Source: an uncultured archaeon
GTDB lineage: Archaea; Asgardarchaeota; Heimdallarchaeia; Heimdallarchaeales; Heimdallarchaeaceae
Length of the DNA stretch: 21,509 bases
Assembly: GCA_964549075.1 (NCBI GenBank)
Contig: CAZJUB010000043.1
Span: 1 to 21,509 of the forward strand
Direction: 5' to 3'
Both the position numbers and the translations under genes were made by a program. Shown one piece after another: positions 15,863 through 21,509 of this stretch (its first letter is position 1; each line of letters starts with the position of its first letter). The notes below the pieces were generated by a model that saw only the letters and a program-made list of their open reading frames with translations, was not told where the DNA came from and did not search any database.

Positions 15863-17995
15863 TTATCCTCTTTTCAAGAATTTTGGAAGTTTATCTGTCT
15901 TCCTAAGAATAAAGTATGTTCCAACAAGTATACCAATTGTTAACACTGGTACCAAGGTCCCAACAAGTATTTTTGTTACTTGAGCAGCTTTATCTAAAAG
16001 AACCTCAACTCCTTGAACACCATCTTGATTTTCCACTACGATTGCAAGAAATTTTGCATTTGAAGGAACGTTAGTCAGAGATATGTTTAATGCATTGGAT
16101 TTAAAGAACGCATCGAAAGTAAATGTGTTTTCATAAATCACTTGCTCATCAGCAACAATCTTTATTGTACCTGAAGTATCATAATCTCTTTTGAAACAAT
16201 CCCAAGTTAGAAGATTAAGGTCTAGAGCACCACTTTCAAGATCAAGTGTACTGGATTGTATTTCAATGACTGGTTTTTCGTAAAATCTCTCAAAACTCTG
16301 GATCCAGAAATAAGTATTGTTAAAGCCATCTATCATCAGTTCCCAAGCTACCTCACCATTAGGAGTAACTTCAGTTAGATAAACTGGATCTCTGAGGTTC
16401 ATCACTTCAGCTTTATTTGCAAAAACGCCAATTGTGTTGCCGTTAGGTAAACGATTTGCATCTCCACCTGACTCAGGTAAGTAATAACTCTGGTTAGAAG
16501 GTGTCCATGACCATACCTCTTTTATTGTCCGATTTACTTCATCTATTTCGAACTCTACCATTCTTGACCAACCTAATGCTCCTTCCAGATGCATGGTCAT
16601 AGGATTACTTGTGTTATAAAGATCATTATCAAAAACGATGAATCTATTTTTTCCTATTTTTTCAAAACCATGTGGAGAATGCATTATTGCATCAACGATT
16701 TGATCATTTTTATCATAGAACGTAAAATTAGAATATCTTCCAGCTTCCCAAGTAATATTCTTAGTTGTGTAATCTATCTTTGCAATTGTATCTAGATTGC
16801 GGACATTGAGATAGATTGAACCTTCAGCTTTATCCCAGACAAAGGAGTTTGAATGCATCCAGTCGACACCGCCTGCAAAAGTTAAATTCAATCCAAACTC
16901 ATTATAGCGAGTATAATTGAAAGGGATGTAATCTTGACTATTCCATTGCCAAACTAATGTACCATTTAAATAATATTCCTTCAAATCATCATATATGACA
17001 TTTAGAGGCCAACCATCAACTTCTACAGTTTCGTTTACATTCTTATGATCTTCAAGAACCATGATAGTCTGAGTAAATGGATTATAATCTAAGCAATGAT
17101 GACCTGCAGGTATTGGTAAAGTAACCCTTACTCCTGTTTTAAAGTTCCATAATTCCAACTGTCCATTTGTTTTTCCTCCACTAATAATGGTAGTAGAATT
17201 CAAGAATTTTTGAACAGTATTTAAACTTCCTTCACCCAATCTATAAACAATCTCTCCCCTGCTGTTTACAATTAGAAGATCGCTATTAAAAATGTCAGGG
17301 ATTCCTCCATGAACCTGACCTAAATTGTATGGATCAATGGTGACTGCTACATAAGGTAATAGAGTAAGACCTTGACTATTGAATAAATCTGTATTCTCAA
17401 CTCTTAATTTAATATTATCAGATACTTCGTAAGGCGAAACATAAGTTCCCATTATGGTGGCTGCAGCTGTATCAACAAGCCAGCCAACAGCAATTACATC
17501 CTCTAGATTTCCCTCAAAAGTTAGCTTCCCAGATTGAAACGCTTGTTGAGTACTTAATTCTGCACTCAATATCTCTTTAGCCACCGCAAAAGTAATTTCA
17601 ATGTAAATGCTATATGTTGTAGGAGGTGTCGTTACTATATCAAGAGAAAGAGAGTCATTACCAATCGACAGCCAAAGATTTCCTCGATCTGTAATGTTCA
17701 ACAACACTTCCTCTTCCCAACCTTTAAGTTTCTCAAGTACATCTGGACTATTGTCTGCAACATATTGAGCGAATATCACAAAATCAGGCATATTTGACCA
17801 CTCAAATGTATTTTCATCTAATTTCTCACTTAAGTCATCCTTGATATCTAAGATATACTGAGGGGCATTAGATAAGTCAAAAGGTTTAGCTACATATGCA
17901 AATTTAAGATAAAGAAAGAAACTACCTCCTCCTGCAATTATCAACCCTAGAACAATTCCTACAGATATAAGAATTGTTTTTGTTTTCTTTTTCAT
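15863..17995 (-). CDS. SCP2 (sterol-carrier-like lipid-binding) domain-ASST fusion with N- and C-terminal TM anchors
   Basis: TM at aa ~8-30; SCP2 pattern at aa ~70-176 (EILSAELSTQQAFQSGKLTFEGNL); ASST motifs GHHC, DWMHSN, NVRN, HSPH, FDND, GDANRLPNGNT; Ig-like unit; C-terminal TM; about 14 sequons. Confidence 0.82.
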   Translation of the reverse strand: MKKKTKTILISVGIVLGLIIAGGGSFFLYLKFAYVAKPFDLSNAPQYILDIKDDLSEKLDENTFEWSNMPDFVIFAQYVADNSPDVLEKLKGWEEEVLLNITDRGNLWLSIGNDSLSLDIVTTPPTTYSIYIEITFAVAKEILSAELSTQQAFQSGKLTFEGNLEDVIAVGWLVDTAAATIMGTYVSPYEVSDNIKLRVENTDLFNSQGLTLLPYVAVTIDPYNLGQVHGGIPDIFNSDLLIVNSRGEIVYRLGEGSLNTVQKFLNSTTIISGGKTNGQLELWNFKTGVRVTLPIPAGHHCLDYNPFTQTIMVLEDHKNVNETVEVDGWPLNVIYDDLKEYYLNGTLVWQWNSQDYIPFNYTRYNEFGLNLTFAGGVDWMHSNSFVWDKAEGSIYLNVRNLDTIAKIDYTTKNITWEAGRYSNFTFYDKNDQIVDAIMHSPHGFEKIGKNRFIVFDNDLYNTSNPMTMHLEGALGWSRMVEFEIDEVNRTIKEVWSWTPSNQSYYLPESGGDANRLPNGNTIGVFANKAEVMNLRDPVYLTEVTPNGEVAWELMIDGFNNTYFWIQSFERFYEKPVIEIQSSTLDLESGALDLNLLTWDCFKRDYDTSGTIKIVADEQVIYENTFTFDAFFKSNALNISLTNVPSNAKFLAIVVENQDGVQGVEVLLDKAAQVTKILVGTLVPVLTIGILVGTYFILRKTDKLPKFLKRG

Positions 17996-18123
17996 AAGTC
18001 AAACCTACTCTCTTACAGAGACTTTTCAAGTTTTTGGTATTATTTTTGGAAAAAAAATTATAGCTGAGGAGACCTATAGCAAGTTTTTTTTATTCTTTTC
18101 TTTAGTCTAATTCGATTAGTTGT

Positions 18124-19263
18124 ATGAAGAAGAAATCCAAAGATAAAGATGGTTTACCAGAATTTACTTTTCCAGTTTCAATGTATTATTTGATGAAATT
18201 ACTAAATAAAACTAAACTTACAACAATTAAACTTGGTAATTTTGAATCAAGATTCATGAAGAAAAAGATAAACAAAATTGAGATTGAAAAACCAATCTAT
18301 GTAGTTGGGCTTGCTCGAGCTGGTACAACAGTAACTGTAGAACTGATATCTGGGCATCCAGATGTAGCTGTACACAGACATATGCATCTAATTGATCCTT
18401 TTATGCCTCAGATACTGCATAAAATCGCTAAACTACTGCCATTTATCTTTAAAAAGAAAGTAGAACGAGTACACAAAGATGGTTTGGCTGTAAATAGAGA
18501 TAGTCCTGAAGCTGTAGAAGAGATGCTATGGTTAAGATTTTTTGATAACCTTCATAATGAGAATGTCTCTAATATCAAAGATGAGAAAACATCTAATCCA
18601 AAATTTGAGAAATTCTATATTGAGAGTATCAAGAAGCTTATGATAAGTCAGAATGCTACAAGGTATGTTACTAAGAACAATTACAATATCTCCAGGATGA
18701 AGTATCTACGTAAGTTATTTCCGGATGCTAAATTTGTTCTGGTTGTTAGACATCCTGTCAACCATATTGCTTCCTACATCAAACAGGAAAGGATATTTCT
18801 AGAAATGGAGGAAACAAATAAGAAAATTAGAGATTGGATTACTATAGTTGGACATGAGGAATTTGGTACAAATAAAATTTTTATCAACCTCAATTCTCAA
18901 GAGAAGATAGATAAAATCCGTGCTCTTATCGAGAATAAAAAGACTTTCGTCAAAGGTTATGCTTTCTACTGGAACGAAATATATTCTTATGTAACAAAAC
19001 TTCTGAAAGAAGATAAGAATCTTGCTCAAAGAACCTTAATTATACGATTTGAAGATTTAACAGATAATTCTGCTGAAACTATAGATAAAATCATCAACCA
19101 TCTTGAATTAGATGAAGAAAAAGCAACAGAGTTACGAGAAAATTATATAGAAAAGCTTCATCAACCGACCTACTATAAGCCATCTTTTAGTGAAGAAGAG
19201 CTCGAAACTATTAAAGAAGAAACTTATGAGGTAGCAAAATTATACGGTTATTATTCAAACTGA
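18124..19263 (+). CDS. Cytoplasmic PAPS-dependent sulfotransferase (Sulfotransfer_3 type)
   Basis: 5'-PSB loop PIYVVGLARAGTT, K-N motif YVTKNN, LFPDAKF, 3'-PB VVRHP....AS, and IRFEDL. Confidence 0.9.
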   Translation: MKKKSKDKDGLPEFTFPVSMYYLMKLLNKTKLTTIKLGNFESRFMKKKINKIEIEKPIYVVGLARAGTTVTVELISGHPDVAVHRHMHLIDPFMPQILHKIAKLLPFIFKKKVERVHKDGLAVNRDSPEAVEEMLWLRFFDNLHNENVSNIKDEKTSNPKFEKFYIESIKKLMISQNATRYVTKNNYNISRMKYLRKLFPDAKFVLVVRHPVNHIASYIKQERIFLEMEETNKKIRDWITIVGHEEFGTNKIFINLNSQEKIDKIRALIENKKTFVKGYAFYWNEIYSYVTKLLKEDKNLAQRTLIIRFEDLTDNSAETIDKIINHLELDEEKATELRENYIEKLHQPTYYKPSFSEEELETIKEETYEVAKLYGYYSN

Positions 19264-19316
19264 ACTTTCCTCCTCTTTTCGAAAAGCTCATATAATCTCA
19301 TCTGTTCTAAAACAAT

Positions 19317-21020
19317 GTGTATAAAGAGAAGAAGATATTAGCAATCGTCCCAGCTCGAGGTGGATCTAAAGGAATACCAAGGAAAAATATCCGATTCCTA
19401 AACAGAAATCCTTTGATTGCTTACATAATAAGAACAGCTAAATCGTCTAAGTATATTGACAAAACTGTTGTAACAACTGATGATAAGGAAATAGGAAATA
19501 TTGCTTATATCTTTGGAGCAGATAAGATCATCGAAAGACCAGCTACATTAGCTCAAGATCAAACTACTTTAGATCCTGTGATTTTTCATGCAATGCAAAA
19601 TTATGAAGAAGAATCGCATGAAAGCTTCGATATCATTATAACACTCCAACCAACTAGTCCACTTTTACAGTCAGAAACCTTGGACAAAGCAATAGAGAAA
19701 TTTGTCCAACAAGACTGTTCAACCGTTATCTCGGTGGTTCAAAAACGTCATCTTTTCTGGGAAAAGAAAGAAGGAAAACTCTCTCCTTATTATCCTAAAA
19801 GATTGAATAGACAAGAGTTGGATCCTGTCTTTTTTGAGACAGGAGGATTTGTGATATCTAAAAAGGAGATAGTTACAGCTGAATCAAGGATGGCAGAACC
19901 TTTAGATATCCAAGAGATCTCAGAATGGGAAGGGATTGATATAGACAATTATCTAGATTGGTCTTTAGCCGAAAAAATACTTTCAAGGAAGAAATTTCTT
20001 CTGAGAGTTGACGGAGATCATGAAATAGGTTTAGGACATATTTATCGAATGATTTCTCTTGCAAGTAATCTCCTTGAACATGATGTGAAGTTTGTGATCA
20101 AGAAAAGTTCTGATTTAGGATTAGAGAAAGTATATGCACACAATTTTTCAGTAATAGAAATAGATGAGGAAAAAGAATTCTTCAAAATAATTGAAAGAGA
20201 AGAACCAGATATCATCCTTTTAGATATTCTGGATACCAAAGAAAAGTATTTGCAACAAATTAGAACCTATAATCCGCTTCTTGTTTCATTTGAAGATTTA
20301 GGAGGTGGACTGAAGGAAGCTGATTTGGTTTTCAATGCTCTTTATTCTGCAAATATAAAAACAAATTTAGACCATGTTTTCAATGGTTACAAATATCTGT
20401 GCTTAAGAGATGAGTTTAATCTTGTTCCCTTCAAAACAATAACAGAAAAAGTGAACAACATTCTTATCACTTTTGGAGGAGTTGATCAAAACAATCTTTC
20501 TGAAAAATGTCTTCAGATTATACGAAAATTAGACTTGAAAGACATCGAGATAACTTTGATATTGGGTTTGGGGTATAAACACCTTGAAAACATCCAGAAA
20601 CTTGCTTCTGAGATGAATAAATCAGGATTCCAAGTAGATGTTCTTCAAGATATAAAACTCATGTCTCAGCACATGTACAAGGCTGATTTAGCTATTACTT
20701 CAAATGGTCGAACAGTCTATGAAATAGCTGCTTTGGGAATACCTTGTATCTCTGTTGCACAAAATGAAAGAGAGACCCATCACACTTTTGCTGAGGAAAC
20801 AGCAGGTGTTATTTATCTCGGTCTAGCTGATGAAAGTATCGATGAGAAACTGACTGAGATTATCAACCAGCTGATAAATGATTACGATAAACGATTAGAG
20901 ATGAACAAATCTCATCTCAGATATGATTTAAGGAGCGGAATAACAAGGATACTTAGGTTGATTTTTGATAAGTATAATGAAAAATTCCCTTCGAATATCT
21001 TAAATATCCAACCAGAATAG
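19317..21020 (+). CDS. Acylneuraminate cytidylyltransferase (NeuA/PseF) fused to a PseG/SpsG-like GT-B nucleotide-sugar hydrolase
   Basis: VPARGGSKGIPRKN, LQPTSP and DID...D in the N-terminal part; RVDG...IGLGHIYR, TFGGVD, DLAITSNGRTVYE and GIP in the C-terminal part. GTG start. Confidence 0.88.
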   Translation: MYKEKKILAIVPARGGSKGIPRKNIRFLNRNPLIAYIIRTAKSSKYIDKTVVTTDDKEIGNIAYIFGADKIIERPATLAQDQTTLDPVIFHAMQNYEEESHESFDIIITLQPTSPLLQSETLDKAIEKFVQQDCSTVISVVQKRHLFWEKKEGKLSPYYPKRLNRQELDPVFFETGGFVISKKEIVTAESRMAEPLDIQEISEWEGIDIDNYLDWSLAEKILSRKKFLLRVDGDHEIGLGHIYRMISLASNLLEHDVKFVIKKSSDLGLEKVYAHNFSVIEIDEEKEFFKIIEREEPDIILLDILDTKEKYLQQIRTYNPLLVSFEDLGGGLKEADLVFNALYSANIKTNLDHVFNGYKYLCLRDEFNLVPFKTITEKVNNILITFGGVDQNNLSEKCLQIIRKLDLKDIEITLILGLGYKHLENIQKLASEMNKSGFQVDVLQDIKLMSQHMYKADLAITSNGRTVYEIAALGIPCISVAQNERETHHTFAEETAGVIYLGLADESIDEKLTEIINQLINDYDKRLEMNKSHLRYDLRSGITRILRLIFDKYNEKFPSNILNIQPE

Positions 21021-21027
21021 CATTCAT

Positions 21028-21509
21028 ATGAACAGTTTGAAGATTGGTGATAGAATCATCCAGGAAGGTGGGAAACCTTTCATTATTGCAGAAGCTGGAG
21101 TGAATTATGAAAATAGTATGGAAACAGCTTTAGAGATGGTTAGACAAGCAGCGAAAAATGGTGCTGATGCGATAAAATTCCAATCCTATAAAGCTGAGAC
21201 TATAGCTGCAAAGGATTCTCCAGCGTATTGGGATACAGATAAGACCCAAAGAGATTTCTTCAAACTTTATGATTCCTTTGGGGAAGATGAATACAAAGAA
21301 CTAGCAAGGGAAGCAGAGAAACAAAAGATTTTCTTCCTCTCAACTCCTTTTGATAACGGTGCTGTAGATTTTTTGGAACCTCTAGTTCCACTATATAAAA
21401 TCGCTTCAGCTGATATAACAAATATACCTTTCTTACGATACATTGCAAAGACAAAGAAACCCATTTTTCTCTCAACTGGAGCTGCAACCTTAGGAGAGAT
21501 TCAGAATGC
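21028..21509 (+). CDS. neuB: Nonulosonic acid (N-acetylneuraminate-family) synthase, partial, runs off the window end
   Basis: Absent from the ORF track. ATG 21028 translates as MNSLKIGDRIIQEGGKPFIIAEAGVNYEN...GADAIKFQSY...FLSTPFD..AVDFL...YKIASADITNIPFL...KPIFLSTGAATLGEI with no stop before 21509. Confidence 0.93.
   Translation, partial: MNSLKIGDRIIQEGGKPFIIAEAGVNYENSMETALEMVRQAAKNGADAIKFQSYKAETIAAKDSPAYWDTDKTQRDFFKLYDSFGEDEYKELAREAEKQKIFFLSTPFDNGAVDFLEPLVPLYKIASADITNIPFLRYIAKTKKPIFLSTGAATLGEIQN

Noticed and set aside
555-20239. Remaining 60-130 aa ORFs nested within or antisense to long genes (e.g. 555-806, 3911-4186, 10392-10784, 11903-12145, 18799-19029)
   Set aside because: All lie inside well-supported genes and have shadow-frame composition with no motifs.
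21260-21487. Two short minus-strand ORFs (75 and 65 aa)
   Set aside because: Antisense shadows of the clear NeuB-family frame on the plus strand.

Overview
AT-rich (roughly 30-33% GC by eye), gene-dense prokaryotic window. It looks archaeal: a TFB/TFIIB-like gene, TATA boxes about 25-30 nt ahead of nearly leaderless genes, and exported proteins rich in N-glycosylation sequons. The Ig-stalked surface proteins suggest an Asgard lineage, but that assignment is inference. Most genes fit one theme, sulfated and nonulosonate-decorated cell surfaces: a fused ATP sulfurylase-APS kinase (PAPS supply) with a CysQ-type PAP phosphatase, a cytoplasmic PAPS-dependent sulfotransferase, and two membrane-anchored extracytoplasmic PAPS-independent aryl-sulfate sulfotransferases (ASST). 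One ASST is fused to an SCP2 lipid-binding domain; the other sits on an Ig-like stalk with a lectin-like module that is duplicated as the adjacent stand-alone gene. Also present are NeuA/PseG-like and NeuB-like genes, a UDP-sugar dehydrogenase and a putative CMP-sugar transferase. The best candidate for an undescribed system is a trans-membrane sulfate relay: PAPS -> cytoplasmic sulfotransferase -> lipid-soluble carrier -> external SCP2-ASST/stalked ASST -> surface glycans or lipids. Interspersed are an AbrB-type regulator with twin TTGGT-N5-ACCAA palindromes, a two-repeat small protein, an orphan m6A methyltransferase, a divergent TFB paralog with a hairpin-rich upstream region and a downstream (TTCCC)n tract, and a HEAT/Pro-rich/TPR protein. 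No tRNA, rRNA, CRISPR array or transposase was recognised. All functional calls come from motif recognition by eye; no database searches were run.
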